Assembly: GCA_025061115.1 (NCBI GenBank)
Contig: JANZKC010000003.1
Coordinates: forward strand, 64,001-128,000
From: Candidatus Culexmicrobium cathedralense
GTDB lineage: Archaea; Thermoproteota; Methanomethylicia; Culexarchaeales; Culexmicrobiaceae
DNA length: 64,000 nucleotides
Reading direction: 5' to 3'
The notes under the pieces are model-generated. The model ran no database searches and was not told the DNA's origin. It saw only the letters and a list, made by a program, of their open reading frames with translations. Each line of letters starts with the position of its first letter. The first letter of the stretch is position 1. Positions 8,307 to 18,828 of the stretch are shown here, piece by piece. The translations under genes were made by a program, and so were the position numbers.

Positions 8307-11183
8307 ATGGCTAAGCGCATTTGCTGGCTTGCATTAACATCTATTTTACTGTTGATTGCTTGCCTTGCGAATTTTGATGCGTGCGCTAATGGAGTGCTAA
8401 GCTTGAATCAGCTTGTAACAAGGATTAGGTTTTTCGATGGTTTAAATGTGAGAGTCAGGGGATACTTAACCGCCTACTCATCTCCACTTGGCTTAAATTT
8501 CGTGCTTACGGATGGTGAGCTGAGCATCGGAGTTAAACCCGTCAATGTTGATCTGACAAGGTGGCTGGGCTGCGAAGTTGAATTGTACGGCACTGTTAAT
8601 TCGAATAGCATGAAATTAGAAGTATTAGCTGTAAGTTCTCCAGTTGAATATGCTGCGCCAAAATTTGAATCCTCAATTGCAGTTTCACTTGAACATTCCC
8701 CTCTTGGTGGGCAGCCCACATACGTAATTCCAGTAAAGTTTCCAGATGTGGCGCCAAGCAAAAACATTACGGAGATAATGGCTGTTGTAGAAGAAGCTGC
8801 AAACGAGTATTATCCTAAAGTTTCATACAACTTGACGTGGTTTAACTGCAAATTTATAGATAACTGGCTTTTAATGCCGAGAAATATGTCATATTATGCA
8901 GCTGATAATGATACTACGCGGGACGATCTAATTAAAGATGCCATTGCACTTGCAGACTCCTTCATCAACTATACGAGATATTATCGAATAATCATAGTCC
9001 ACGCAGGAGGTGATGAAGCTTTAACCCACATTTCAAGTGACATATGGTCATATGCCGCTCTTGGAGAGCTCTTAATATCGACGGACGATGGCTCAGTGAA
9101 GATTTCAGTTGCAGTTGTTTCCGAATTTGATCCTCTGGGAGTTTATGTTCATGAAATGGGCCACATGCTTGGTTTGCCCGAGCTATACGACGTAGATCAT
9201 GTTGAGGAGTTCATGGGAAAGTGGGATGTAATGGCTAAGGGAATGTGGAATGGACGATTTCCTGGAAGTTCACCTGCTCATCCATCATCCGCATGCAAAA
9301 TAAGTCTCGGATGGTTAGATCCTGACAGCATAGTTGAGGTCGAGTATGAGAGCTTCATTACAGTCACAATAAATCCACTTGAAAGCGAAAGTGGAGTTAG
9401 AGTGGTTAAAATTCCAGTTACACCTGAAGCATATTATTTGATTGAAGTTAGGCGTAAAGTAGATTACGACCTTCATCTTCCAGGTGAGGGTGTGCTAATA
9501 ATTTTTGTAAATGAGTCCATATCTTCAGGCGATGGACCGGCACGGATTATAGATTCGAAGCCTAAAACAGCTACGCTAGACGACGCGTTCTTCACTGTAG
9601 GATCCTCATGGAGCGATGCAAATTACAATATAACTATTCGCATCGAGAGCCAAGTAGGTTCAGCCTATATAGTATCAATATTTTACGGGGATAAGGTTAT
9701 CATAGATGAAGCAGAAGTAAGCAGGTCAAGAGCTGATGTAAACTCAACTCAATACGTTAGATTTCATGCGAAATGGGCTTCAAGTGGGGAAAACGCTTCA
9801 AGGATAGAGCTCGAAATCAATGGCACTTTATGCACCACTGATGACGAAGGCTGGGCTACAGTAACTGTCAACTCAAGCAAGGTTGGAAAGCAAACCTGGA
9901 TGGTAACTGCAGCTTACATTGATGAAATTCCAATAGCATTGATAGTGGAAGCTGAAAATCCATCTATAATTTGGGATGAAGTTGTCATAACACTTGTAGT
10001 TCCACCTGAAAAGCTAAGAGTAAGTATAAATTCGAATGCAACAATCCTTTACGATGCCAAGTACGCATATGACGATTCACCATTTGAAGGAAAGGTTTAC
10101 TTAAATGGCTCAACTATTTCCTCCATTCTTGGAGTTAGGTGGTTCAAGGTTTACCGTATCATTGATTATAAGTATAATCTAACGGCATTTAAATCAAATG
10201 TAGTGAAGGTCATTTTCGATGCACTTAAAGTTGAAGTTCAAGTGGATAAGCAATTGTACAACCCAGGAGATGTATTTGAAGTTAAAGTTAAATTGACTTA
10301 TGCTAGCGATGGCACTCCAATTGTAGGTGGACGAGTTAAATTGAATGGAAATCAACTTTCAACTGAAATTGGAGGCATAGCTACATTCAATGTAAGGGCT
10401 CCAAATTGCACTTGCGAATTTACTCTTCACATTGAAGGTGTAAGCGATGGAAAATCCGTTGATGTGGCGTACAACCATGAAAACTTGACATTATATGCAA
10501 CTGCAATAGTAATAGACCGAATATCGCCGAGAAACGTTAGAGTGGAAATTGGAAAACCAATAAGGGTTGATTTTCATGCTATATGGGCTCACAATTATAC
10601 TTCTGCAAGTAATGTGGAAATGTGGATTGCAGATAGAAAGTTAGTGACTGGAAGTGATGGTTGGGCTTCAATTGAAATGGTCATGAGTAGAATAACTAAA
10701 GTAGACCTTGATGTTGAGAAAGTAGCTGCACCTGAAGGTATAACTGCCTTTAGGCAGCCAATTCCGGCTTACATCATTTGGGATAAGCTCAACATTAACA
10801 TCGAAACTTATACTCTCACACCTGGCTCGATCAAATTCATAGTCAAAATTAGTTATGAATATGATGGATCGCCAGTGAAGAATGCTAATGTCATGATAAA
10901 TAGGTTTAAAGTTGCTAAGGTAAATGCAGGAACCTATAGCTTGGTGTTGGACTCCTGGGATTTAACACTAACCGTTGAAGTGCTTGTTGAAGTTGAAGGT
11001 TTCCAGCCTGTAATAAAAGTGGTTGAAGTTATTGCCATTGGAAACATAGTTTTCTACAGCGTTTCACTTACTTTAATTGGATTAATAATCTTGTACTTCA
11101 TGAGGGAATTCAAAATCATTAAGAGGCTTCCAAGAATTAGGAGTAGAATTCGAATTTCACGTGATGCAGCGTCATCCCCGTAA
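8307..11183 (+). CDS. membrane-anchored M6-family (immune inhibitor A-like) zinc metalloprotease with Ig-like repeats
   Basis: Signal peptide; IIVHAG..E, IWS, HEMGHMLGLPELY, WDVMAKGMWNG, KISLGWL and YYLIEVR; repeated beta domains; C-terminal TM helix and basic tail. Confidence 0.88.
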   Translation: MAKRICWLALTSILLLIACLANFDACANGVLSLNQLVTRIRFFDGLNVRVRGYLTAYSSPLGLNFVLTDGELSIGVKPVNVDLTRWLGCEVELYGTVNSNSMKLEVLAVSSPVEYAAPKFESSIAVSLEHSPLGGQPTYVIPVKFPDVAPSKNITEIMAVVEEAANEYYPKVSYNLTWFNCKFIDNWLLMPRNMSYYAADNDTTRDDLIKDAIALADSFINYTRYYRIIIVHAGGDEALTHISSDIWSYAALGELLISTDDGSVKISVAVVSEFDPLGVYVHEMGHMLGLPELYDVDHVEEFMGKWDVMAKGMWNGRFPGSSPAHPSSACKISLGWLDPDSIVEVEYESFITVTINPLESESGVRVVKIPVTPEAYYLIEVRRKVDYDLHLPGEGVLIIFVNESISSGDGPARIIDSKPKTATLDDAFFTVGSSWSDANYNITIRIESQVGSAYIVSIFYGDKVIIDEAEVSRSRADVNSTQYVRFHAKWASSGENASRIELEINGTLCTTDDEGWATVTVNSSKVGKQTWMVTAAYIDEIPIALIVEAENPSIIWDEVVITLVVPPEKLRVSINSNATILYDAKYAYDDSPFEGKVYLNGSTISSILGVRWFKVYRIIDYKYNLTAFKSNVVKVIFDALKVEVQVDKQLYNPGDVFEVKVKLTYASDGTPIVGGRVKLNGNQLSTEIGGIATFNVRAPNCTCEFTLHIEGVSDGKSVDVAYNHENLTLYATAIVIDRISPRNVRVEIGKPIRVDFHAIWAHNYTSASNVEMWIADRKLVTGSDGWASIEMVMSRITKVDLDVEKVAAPEGITAFRQPIPAYIIWDKLNINIETYTLTPGSIKFIVKISYEYDGSPVKNANVMINRFKVAKVNAGTYSLVLDSWDLTLTVEVLVEVEGFQPVIKVVEVIAIGNIVFYSVSLTLIGLIILYFMREFKIIKRLPRIRSRIRISRDAASSP

Positions 11184-11407
11184 GTTAGCCTCGCTGCGAT
11201 TTAATTGATATTTCATTAGACATCAAGCTATCGATTTTAATTGAAGAGTTTCCGTTGCTTGTGCTTATAATGGAGATTTGGTAATTTATTCTTTTTAGCG
11301 GAATTAGGTAATTGCATTGTCTTTCAATTGGAAACATAGTGCAGCTTAATGAAAATATTTTCTGGCCTAATAATTGAAGCTGTTAATTTAATTATTTTAC
11401 ATTCAAG

Positions 11408-12679
11408 CTAGATGAATTTCTTGGTTCTAGCTAGTCTTGGGAATGGCAGAGTATCTCGTACATGATCAAGCTTGCATATCCACCAGGTTAGTCTGTCAAT
11501 TCCAATCCCGAAGCCTGCGTGGGGAACGGAGCCATAGCGTCTTAAGTCTAAATACCAGCTGTACTCTGATAGATCGAAGCCTTCAGCTTTTATTCTCGCA
11601 ATTAATTTATTGATGTCATCTTCTCTTACACCTCCAGTTGCCATTTCACCATAGCCTTCAGGTGCAAGTAAATCTACTGTTAAGCCGATGCCCGGCCTCT
11701 TTGGATCTTCTTTCACGTAAAAGGCCTTGAGGTGAAGTGGATATCCATACATGAATATTGGCTTGGTTAAATTCATAGTTAATAGCTTCTCTTCATCTCC
11801 GCCGATATCCTCTCCCCACCTTATTTCCTTCCCCATTTTTTGAAGCCTATTTATTGCTTCATCGTAGGTTATTCTCTCGAAGGGAGGCTTAATGCTTCTC
11901 AGGAAGTCCGGATCCCTACCAAGCAATTCCAGTTCTTTTGTGCAGTTATCTGCTACTGAATTACATATGTGGGATACTAGCTCTTCTTCAAGTTTCATTA
12001 GGCCTTCAAGATCCATCCAAGCAGCTTCAGCTTCAAGATGCCAAAACTCACATAGGTGCCTTCTAGTTCTAGATTTTTCAGCTCTAAATGACGGGGCTAA
12101 GCACCAAACTTTCTCTAAGCTGAAAATCATGACTTCGAGATAAAGTTGAGAGCTTTGAGTTAGATATGCTTCATTTTCAAAATATTTCATTTTGAATAGG
12201 GTTGCACCACCTTCGCATGCAGTTGCCACTATGATTGGAGGTGAAACTTCATACCATCCATTCTCAACGAAGTACTCCCTACTTGAGCGTAGAACTTCAT
12301 GTCTAATTTTGAATATAGCTTGGTATCTTGCTCCTCTAACTGCTAAGTGCCTATACTCCATTAAAGTCTCTGGTGAGTGAGATTTCTTGCCTAGCGGCCA
12401 TGGAGTTTCGGCCATGTGAACTATATTTAATTCCTTAACTATGAATTCAACTCCTCTCGGAGCTCTAGGCTCCTTTCTCCAAAATCCCTTCAAAATTACG
12501 CTTGATTCCTGAGAAGCCTTTTTGGCTAAACTCCAAGCCTCATCAGAAGCTACTCCTTTCTTAATAACGCACTGCGTAATGCCAAGCGCATTCCTCAAGT
12601 CGAAGAAGATTATCTTTCCGTGTTCTCTTTTCTTGAAAATCCAGCCTCTAATTTCCTCAAGCTTCTCAACTTCGCTCAT
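11408..12679 (-). CDS. asnS: asparagine--tRNA ligase
   Basis: OB-fold N-terminus, LTQSSQLYLE, FRAEKSRTRRHLCEFWHLEAE and YGSVPHAGFGIGIDR. ATG 12679 is preceded by GGAGG (track start 12694). Confidence 0.92.
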   Translation of the reverse strand: MSEVEKLEEIRGWIFKKREHGKIIFFDLRNALGITQCVIKKGVASDEAWSLAKKASQESSVILKGFWRKEPRAPRGVEFIVKELNIVHMAETPWPLGKKSHSPETLMEYRHLAVRGARYQAIFKIRHEVLRSSREYFVENGWYEVSPPIIVATACEGGATLFKMKYFENEAYLTQSSQLYLEVMIFSLEKVWCLAPSFRAEKSRTRRHLCEFWHLEAEAAWMDLEGLMKLEEELVSHICNSVADNCTKELELLGRDPDFLRSIKPPFERITYDEAINRLQKMGKEIRWGEDIGGDEEKLLTMNLTKPIFMYGYPLHLKAFYVKEDPKRPGIGLTVDLLAPEGYGEMATGGVREDDINKLIARIKAEGFDLSEYSWYLDLRRYGSVPHAGFGIGIDRLTWWICKLDHVRDTLPFPRLARTKKFI

Positions 12680-12811
12680 ATTTTTCCTCCACAAGTTAAT
12701 TCAATATGCAAGCTAAATATATTAAATTGAACCTCAACATGGATTATTCCAATTAACGTTCTTATAATCTAACTCAATTCAAGGGTTAATTTACATTTTA
12801 TTTGGCGAGAT

Positions 12812-13300
12812 TTATAGGATTCTGGCTTTAGGCGCATACTTCCTTGCAATTTCATTTGGATAGTCGTCGCTGTATTTTTCAATGAAGCTTCTCAATTCCA
12901 TTTTCAATTTATCAGCATTAACAGCTTTAATTCTTATTTTAATTGGTGTTAGTGGAGTGGCCCATGTGCTGCCACTTAACATTAAAGTTTTCAGCTCCTC
13001 ATCAGTTAGGAGTGCATCTATAACTTCAACTGATAGAACGAAGAAGTGCTGGTCCATGTAGCATACTTCCACCGAACCTATTACTTCTCCATCTCCAATT
13101 AAATTCCAGCATTCGAAGTCTCCAACACCTGCCACACCCTCAACTTCCAGCATTAATGAGCCATGATACCTTAACTTCAATTCAACCTTTTTTCTGCCTA
13201 CTGCATCAAGAAAGCCTCTGCTCTGAATTAGATTTTCAAATTCCTTTAGGAAGTTAAACCAATTTCTTACTCCCACGAATTCCAATTCAACCATATTCAA
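12812..13300 (-). CDS. hypothetical protein
   Basis: 162 aa ORF with GGTGA RBS, co-oriented about 40 bp downstream of the AEP gene. No family recognised. Confidence 0.75.
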   Translation of the reverse strand: MNMVELEFVGVRNWFNFLKEFENLIQSRGFLDAVGRKKVELKLRYHGSLMLEVEGVAGVGDFECWNLIGDGEVIGSVEVCYMDQHFFVLSVEVIDALLTDEELKTLMLSGSTWATPLTPIKIRIKAVNADKLKMELRSFIEKYSDDYPNEIARKYAPKARIL

Positions 13301-13339
13301 GTTGAATCACCAGCTTAGCTTCAAATATATGGCTTGAAT

Positions 13340-14623
13340 CTACTTCTCCCCCTTAAACTTAAAGAATTCGTCCAGCTTAGCATGCTCTCTTCTAGGTGGG
13401 CCGTGGCTTAATAGCCACTCCTTGACCTTCTTTGGAGACTTCAAATTAAATAGTATTTTTTGAGCTTCATCGTAAAGCTTTATCAGCTCAGCAATGTCTT
13501 CAGGCTTGTAGTTTTGGAATGGAATTATTGCGTTCTTGGCGTAATTTAGCGCTTTAATTGTATGTTCAAAATCAATGTTACCTTGAGCATAGTGACTTAA
13601 GATATCCTCAACCTTTAGAAATGCTTCTCTAGAACTTTTACTAAATTTTCTGCCTCCACTTAATGGAGGGGGATTTGGGTTGAAGCGAAGCTCTTCGAGC
13701 TTAAACTTCCTAATGGCAGGCACTTCAACTTTCTTGGGAATAAGGAGCTCAAGCTTTTTCTGAATATTTTCAGCAGGAATCAAAGTTTGAGGGGCTTCCC
13801 TCTTAACTTCTCTTGGGTAGGGCCCTATGATTTTAAACGCCTTTCTTGCAAGTTTATCGGCTTCTCCTTCAACGTAGCTTCTCCACTCATGGTTATGCTT
13901 GAACCTGGTTGGATCAGTCCATTCAAAATCAAATTCGCTGATTTGGCTGGGCTTAAATACTATGCAAGCAACATCTAACTGCTTATGAAGACTTAGGGGA
14001 GCAGTGAAAACTCTTTGGGGATCCATTAAATTTTCAACTTTAATTTCAACCTTAAAGTCTAAATTGACTTTCAAAATTGTGGGCTTAATCTTCCTAATAA
14101 TGTAGTCAACGATGCAATATGCTACATTCATGGGTCCAAACTTACCGTACAATTCGCTTGAAATTGCGTCTTCATGTACGTGTACATGAGCTCCTCTACC
14201 ACTCCACTTCACATATACCGATTCACTCACACCTTCATCCTTTAATGCTCCAACTATTGCTTCAACAACTTTGATAGTAGCCCTCCACCACTCCGGCCTA
14301 CTATCAATATCCCATGTTGGAGTTCTAGCATACACATTTTCATAATAGTTAAGAGCATCCTCCTTTGAAGCCAATCGTGAATATAGGCTTGCAGAAGCAT
14401 AGAAAGTTCTAGGCTTAAGCCCACTAAATCTCCGCAAAATTTTCTTGACATCTTCAGGATAACTTATAGTTAAAGGCTTACCCCTATCATATCTAACCAG
14501 CAGCGGCCTGCCATCACCCTTTTTAGCTTCACAATGAACTGCAACCCACCTATTCCTACAGAAATCCGCTATCTCCCTCCTCACCAATTCACTTTCATAG
14601 TACTTTTCAACATCTAAGCCCAT
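13340..14623 (-). CDS. archaeo-eukaryotic primase (AEP / Prim-Pol) domain protein with C-terminal extension
   Basis: AEP motif I WDID, motif II SGRGAHVH, motif III region KVENLMD and RVFTAPLSLH; linker plus helical C-terminal domain. ATG 14623 (track start 14644). Confidence 0.8.
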   Translation of the reverse strand: MGLDVEKYYESELVRREIADFCRNRWVAVHCEAKKGDGRPLLVRYDRGKPLTISYPEDVKKILRRFSGLKPRTFYASASLYSRLASKEDALNYYENVYARTPTWDIDSRPEWWRATIKVVEAIVGALKDEGVSESVYVKWSGRGAHVHVHEDAISSELYGKFGPMNVAYCIVDYIIRKIKPTILKVNLDFKVEIKVENLMDPQRVFTAPLSLHKQLDVACIVFKPSQISEFDFEWTDPTRFKHNHEWRSYVEGEADKLARKAFKIIGPYPREVKREAPQTLIPAENIQKKLELLIPKKVEVPAIRKFKLEELRFNPNPPPLSGGRKFSKSSREAFLKVEDILSHYAQGNIDFEHTIKALNYAKNAIIPFQNYKPEDIAELIKLYDEAQKILFNLKSPKKVKEWLLSHGPPRREHAKLDEFFKFKGEK

Positions 14624-14743
14624 TAAAATCCCTTCCAACAACATTAATAGACTACTCTAAGTAAAATTATTATACCTCAAACTCTGACAGGTTAAGTGCA
14701 TCAGATGTGCTCTTGTCTTACTTTAAAGCTTGGAGGTGATGAT

Positions 14744-15163
14744 TTGAACTGGCTGGCACTTTCAATTATTGCCACTTTATTTTGGGGGCTTTGGAGCATA
14801 ATGATAAAGATGGCTTTACAGTATCTTGATTGGCATCAAGTTTACCTCTTTTCATCAATACCCGGCGTAATCATCGCAATTACAATGTACTTCACTTTTA
14901 AATCATCAAAAATCGATATAAACTCTCCAGCACTGTACTACTCGATCATAGCTGGAGTCCTAGGCGCAATTGGAACAATAGCGTTCAACATGGCCCTAAA
15001 AAGCGGCAAGGCATCAATCATAGTGCCCTTAACATCCCTATATCCAGTAATAGCTATAATCACTGCACGAATACTCTTACGAGAGAGAATTACCTTAATC
15101 CAAGGAATTGGCGTTTTGTTTGCAATTATCTCTATGCTTTTGCTATCAATAACTGTAGAATAG
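14744..15163 (+). CDS. half-size EamA/DMT transporter
   Basis: Five hydrophobic helices, ALKSGKASIIVPLTSLYP and LLRERIT. TTG start at 14744 follows GGAGGTGA. Confidence 0.85.
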   Translation: MNWLALSIIATLFWGLWSIMIKMALQYLDWHQVYLFSSIPGVIIAITMYFTFKSSKIDINSPALYYSIIAGVLGAIGTIAFNMALKSGKASIIVPLTSLYPVIAIITARILLRERITLIQGIGVLFAIISMLLLSITVE

Positions 15164-15344
15164 AATTCTGGCCATTAGCACTCGGAGCTTGATAAGTTAC
15201 ATTGAAGATTTTGCAAGCGAGTTCACATACGACTTTTATTAATTAATTGTAAGCCCATTTCAATAGTTAACTGATTCCACTCCTTTGTTTTGGTGTAAAA
15301 TTGCTTTTTAGAATTTTTAAGTTGTTTAAAGTGTATTTTTAGTT

Positions 15345-16100
15345 GTGATGATTATGGAGAATATTAAAGAATTGATTGTCAAGGCTGCAAAAATACTTGT
15401 AAAAAGCAAATATGCTGTGTGCATAACCGGTGCAGGCATTTCAGCTGAGAGTGGCATTCCAACTTTTAGAGGTAGGGATGGTTTGTGGAGGAGATTTAGA
15501 GTTGAAGATTTAGCTACCCCCGAAGCTTTTCATAGGAATCCAAATTTAGTTTGGGAGTGGTACAGGTGGCGCATGCATTTGGTCTATAGTGCAAAGCCTA
15601 ATTCTGGGCATCTCGCACTTGTGGATTTAGAAAGAATGGGTATTCTGAGGTGCATTGTCACTCAAAATGTTGATGGTCTACATACTATTGCTGGTAGCAA
15701 ATGCGTTGTTGAATTGCATGGAAGCATCAGGCGTGGAAGATGCGTTGAATGCAATTTTAAAGTTGTCTTTGATGCTCCTCCAGAAGTTGTTCCCCCTAAA
15801 TGTCCCAAATGCGGTGGTCTTTTAAGGCCGGATGTAGTGTGGTTTGGAGAAGCCATACCAAGCGACGCTCTCAACAAAGCAATGCAATTATTTTCTAAAG
15901 CTGATGTTGCCCTAGTTATTGGCACTAGTGGGGTCGTCTATCCTGCTGGCTACTTCCCACATATTGTTAAGGAAAAAGGCGGGGCTGTAATTGAAGTTAA
16001 CATTGATGAGAGCGCCATAACTCCTATAGCTGATGTTTTCATTAGGGGCAGGGCTGGCGAAATACTGCCAAAAATTGTTGAAAAGATAAGATTAATTTGA
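15345..16100 (+). CDS. cobB: NAD-dependent protein deacylase (sirtuin, class III type)
   Basis: GAGISAESGIPTFRG, TQNVDGLH, HG, two CxxC pairs, RPDVVWFGE and GTSG. The YRWR (Y-x-x-R) signature suggests desuccinylase activity. Confidence 0.93.
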   Translation: MMIMENIKELIVKAAKILVKSKYAVCITGAGISAESGIPTFRGRDGLWRRFRVEDLATPEAFHRNPNLVWEWYRWRMHLVYSAKPNSGHLALVDLERMGILRCIVTQNVDGLHTIAGSKCVVELHGSIRRGRCVECNFKVVFDAPPEVVPPKCPKCGGLLRPDVVWFGEAIPSDALNKAMQLFSKADVALVIGTSGVVYPAGYFPHIVKEKGGAVIEVNIDESAITPIADVFIRGRAGEILPKIVEKIRLI

Positions 16101-16112
16101 TTATAATTGAGT

Positions 16113-17255
16113 TTATCTTGTAATTCTGATGCTCTCCATCTCTTCAATTAAGCTTTTGCCACTGCCCTCCCTAAAGTGCTTCCTAATGGGTTTAAGAAGC
16201 TCGATCAATTTTTCAGCCACATAGTTTTTTAAATCAAGTGGGTGGATCTTTCCCTCGCTATATGCTCTCTTAACTTCATCGAAGCTTTCAAAGCTCATTT
16301 TTTCTCCAGTTTTTTCGTTAACTATTACAATTTCATCCTCGCTAATGTTTCTCGAAATGATGTACTCTAATATTTCTATTATTGGGTTGAATTCAACTTG
16401 CTTAAATGGGCAGAATGCTTTCCTAATCTTCATTTTAATTTCGTCCTCACTGTCATGAATGAAAATTGCACTTCCCGGCCTGGATTTTGACATTTTAATT
16501 TCAATTACGCTGTCTTCAAATACTTCGCGTCTTCCTTCCATCTTGGCTTTAATTATTGCATTCCACTCTTTACTGGTTAAGTCTAAGCCCATGATTAGAT
16601 GGTGATGAACTGCAATTGGCTTGTATCCGAATGCCTTTTCTCCAACATCTATTGCAATGACGTGGGCTTTTCTTTGATCTATACCTCCATGAGCTAAATT
16701 AACCTTCAACGTAAATATGTCAGCAACTTGCATTGGAACGTAGATTAACTGGGCGAAATCTAGGCTTCCCCCCCTTTTCCTACCCATGATTGTTATGGAT
16801 CTCCTAACTCTTGAAAGTGTTGTTTTCATTGAAACTTTAATCACGTTTTCGAAGTACTTCAACCCTTCTTTCTCGTAAAGTTCGGAACCCATGATGAATT
16901 TCGTTTTATCAGGATCTCCGCCGACAACCTTCAATGACTGCTTCAAAGCCTCCTTAAAATATCCTCCTGCAACTCTCTTTATGGTGTCTAGATCGCCGCC
17001 AAGCTTTCTATTTATCCATGAATGGTAATCCGCCAAAAACACTATGGTTTCTATTCCTGCCCTTTGAAAATCAGCTACCTTTTCCATGCAAATTATTCCA
17101 GTGCCAATATGAACGTAGCCTGAAATTTCCAATCCAATGTAATGCCTCAATTTAATGCCTTGATTTAAGTACTCTCTCAACCTCTCCTCGGTTAATAATT
17201 CCTCCGTCGGAGTTCTCCTGACCAGTTTGATTATCTCCTCAGCATCCATCGTCAT
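16113..17255 (-). CDS. tyrS: tyrosine--tRNA ligase
   Basis: [14 protein letters not shown] (HIGH), [31 protein letters not shown] and HPLDLK. Confidence 0.95.
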   Translation of the reverse strand: MTMDAEEIIKLVRRTPTEELLTEERLREYLNQGIKLRHYIGLEISGYVHIGTGIICMEKVADFQRAGIETIVFLADYHSWINRKLGGDLDTIKRVAGGYFKEALKQSLKVVGGDPDKTKFIMGSELYEKEGLKYFENVIKVSMKTTLSRVRRSITIMGRKRGGSLDFAQLIYVPMQVADIFTLKVNLAHGGIDQRKAHVIAIDVGEKAFGYKPIAVHHHLIMGLDLTSKEWNAIIKAKMEGRREVFEDSVIEIKMSKSRPGSAIFIHDSEDEIKMKIRKAFCPFKQVEFNPIIEILEYIISRNISEDEIVIVNEKTGEKMSFESFDEVKRAYSEGKIHPLDLKNYVAEKLIELLKPIRKHFREGSGKSLIEEMESIRITR

Positions 17256-17427
17256 CGCCTAACTATAATCAATTCACCAGCATACATTAAAGCTTTAAGT
17301 CGAATCAATTGATATGATGATGCATGCAAATTTGAGTTAAAAATGTTATTTCGAGTTATTTTGAAATTTAAATTACAGTTAAAAGCGCTTACCAACAAAT
17401 ATATGGTGTCTGCAACAATAACATTGT

Positions 17428-18216
17428 TTGATGAGCGTAGATGATGCTTATCTGTTTGGGGAAGCTGCCAAGCTTCTTAGGTCAGGTGAAACTATTGCTT
17501 TATGCATAATTGTGGATAAAGTCGGTTCGGGACCTAGAGGTGTTGGTGCAAAAATGATTGTTTATGGTGATGGCAAATCTATCGGCAGTATTGGCGGTGG
17601 AAAATTTGAACGCATTTTAATTGAAAGGGCTTTGGAGGTAATTAAAAATGGGCATAGTAAATTAGTTGAATTTTCTCTTGGCAGTGGAAGTGGAATAGAA
17701 ACTGGATTAATTTGCGGTGGCAATTTAAAAGTGCTCATTGATGTAATTAAACCTAATCCTAGACTAATAATCGTTGGTTCTGGCAGCATTGCTAAACCAC
17801 TAGCGGAAGTAGCATGCATAGCTGGTTTTGAAGTTATAGTTGTTGATGATAATGAGAAAACAGCTACGCATGATAGATTTCCAATGGCAAGTAGACTCAT
17901 AGTTAAACCCTTAGTTAAAGCATTGAGTGAGCTTGAATTAAGAGGCAGCGACTTTATCGCGATTATTCATGGAGATGTCGAAATTGAATACGCTGTTTTA
18001 AAGGAGCTTTTAAGGAGGAAGCCAAGATACATTGGGCTCCTAGGCAGTAAAAGGAAAGTTGCGGAATTTAGGAGAAGGCTTAAGATTGAAGGTTTTAATG
18101 AGGATGACCTTAGCATTCTCCACGCGCCTATAGGCATCGACATTAATGCTGAAACTCCAGGTGAAATTGCAGTAAGTATTGTTGCTGAGTTAATTAAAAT
18201 TTTAAGGGGAAGCTAA
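17428..18216 (+). CDS. xdhC: XdhC/CoxF-family Moco insertion chaperone
   Basis: GSGPRGVGAKM, GSIGGG, ICGG, YIGLLGSKRK and APIGIDINAETPGEIAVSIVAE. Confidence 0.92.
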   Translation: MMSVDDAYLFGEAAKLLRSGETIALCIIVDKVGSGPRGVGAKMIVYGDGKSIGSIGGGKFERILIERALEVIKNGHSKLVEFSLGSGSGIETGLICGGNLKVLIDVIKPNPRLIIVGSGSIAKPLAEVACIAGFEVIVVDDNEKTATHDRFPMASRLIVKPLVKALSELELRGSDFIAIIHGDVEIEYAVLKELLRRKPRYIGLLGSKRKVAEFRRRLKIEGFNEDDLSILHAPIGIDINAETPGEIAVSIVAELIKILRGS

Positions 18217-18218
18217 AA

Positions 18219-18812
18219 ATGATTTCAGCTGTCATTTTGGCTGCAGGAGTATCGAAGAGGTTTGGACGTAACAAGTTGATTGAACCAATTGGCGGTAAAC
18301 CAATGATTAGATGGACGGTTGAAGCGGCAGTTAATTCAATAGTAGATGAGGTTATAGTTGTATTGGGGTTTGAAGCTGAAATTGTGGGTAAAGTGATTAA
18401 AGATTTACCTTGTAAAATCATTATTAATGAGAATTACTTGGGAGGCATGAGTTCTTCAGTTAAATTTGGAGTTAAACATGTAGCAAGGAATAGTGATGCT
18501 GTGGTTATAATTCCTGGTGATTGCCCATTTATTGGTAGTGAATCCATAAATTCGGTTGTGAATGCATTTAGAAAGACAGGCTCACCTATCGTTATAGCAA
18601 CGTATAAGGGTAGGAGGGGGCATCCAATACTTATTAGTCGCGAGCTTTTCCACGAAGTGCTTGAAATTAGTGAGGAGACGTTTGGTCTAAAGCAGCTTAT
18701 AAAGAAGTATGAAGAAAAAATTTTCTTCGTGGAAGCGCCAACAGTCGGCGTACTGATAGACATTGATTATCCTGAAGATGTGGATAGGACGGTTAAATTG
18801 CTTAAAGCATGA
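18219..18812 (+). CDS. mocA: molybdenum cofactor cytidylyltransferase (MocA-like)
   Basis: ILAAGVSKRFGRNKL, GMSSS, GDCP, GHP and DID; lies between xdhC and moeA. Confidence 0.82.
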   Translation: MISAVILAAGVSKRFGRNKLIEPIGGKPMIRWTVEAAVNSIVDEVIVVLGFEAEIVGKVIKDLPCKIIINENYLGGMSSSVKFGVKHVARNSDAVVIIPGDCPFIGSESINSVVNAFRKTGSPIVIATYKGRRGHPILISRELFHEVLEISEETFGLKQLIKKYEEKIFFVEAPTVGVLIDIDYPEDVDRTVKLLKA

Positions 18813-18828
18813 TTTAATGGTGATTGGA

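Noticed and set aside
11184-11407. ATTGAAG/ATTGGAAAC-like words resembling CRISPR repeat ends
   Set aside because: Irregular spacing, no repeated 24-37 bp unit and no cas genes.
17314-17364. Second C/D-like pattern (ATGATGA...TTGA...TTGA)
   Set aside because: D boxes and C' are degenerate, the sequence is very AT-rich, there is no terminal stem, and it lies in a divergent promoter region.
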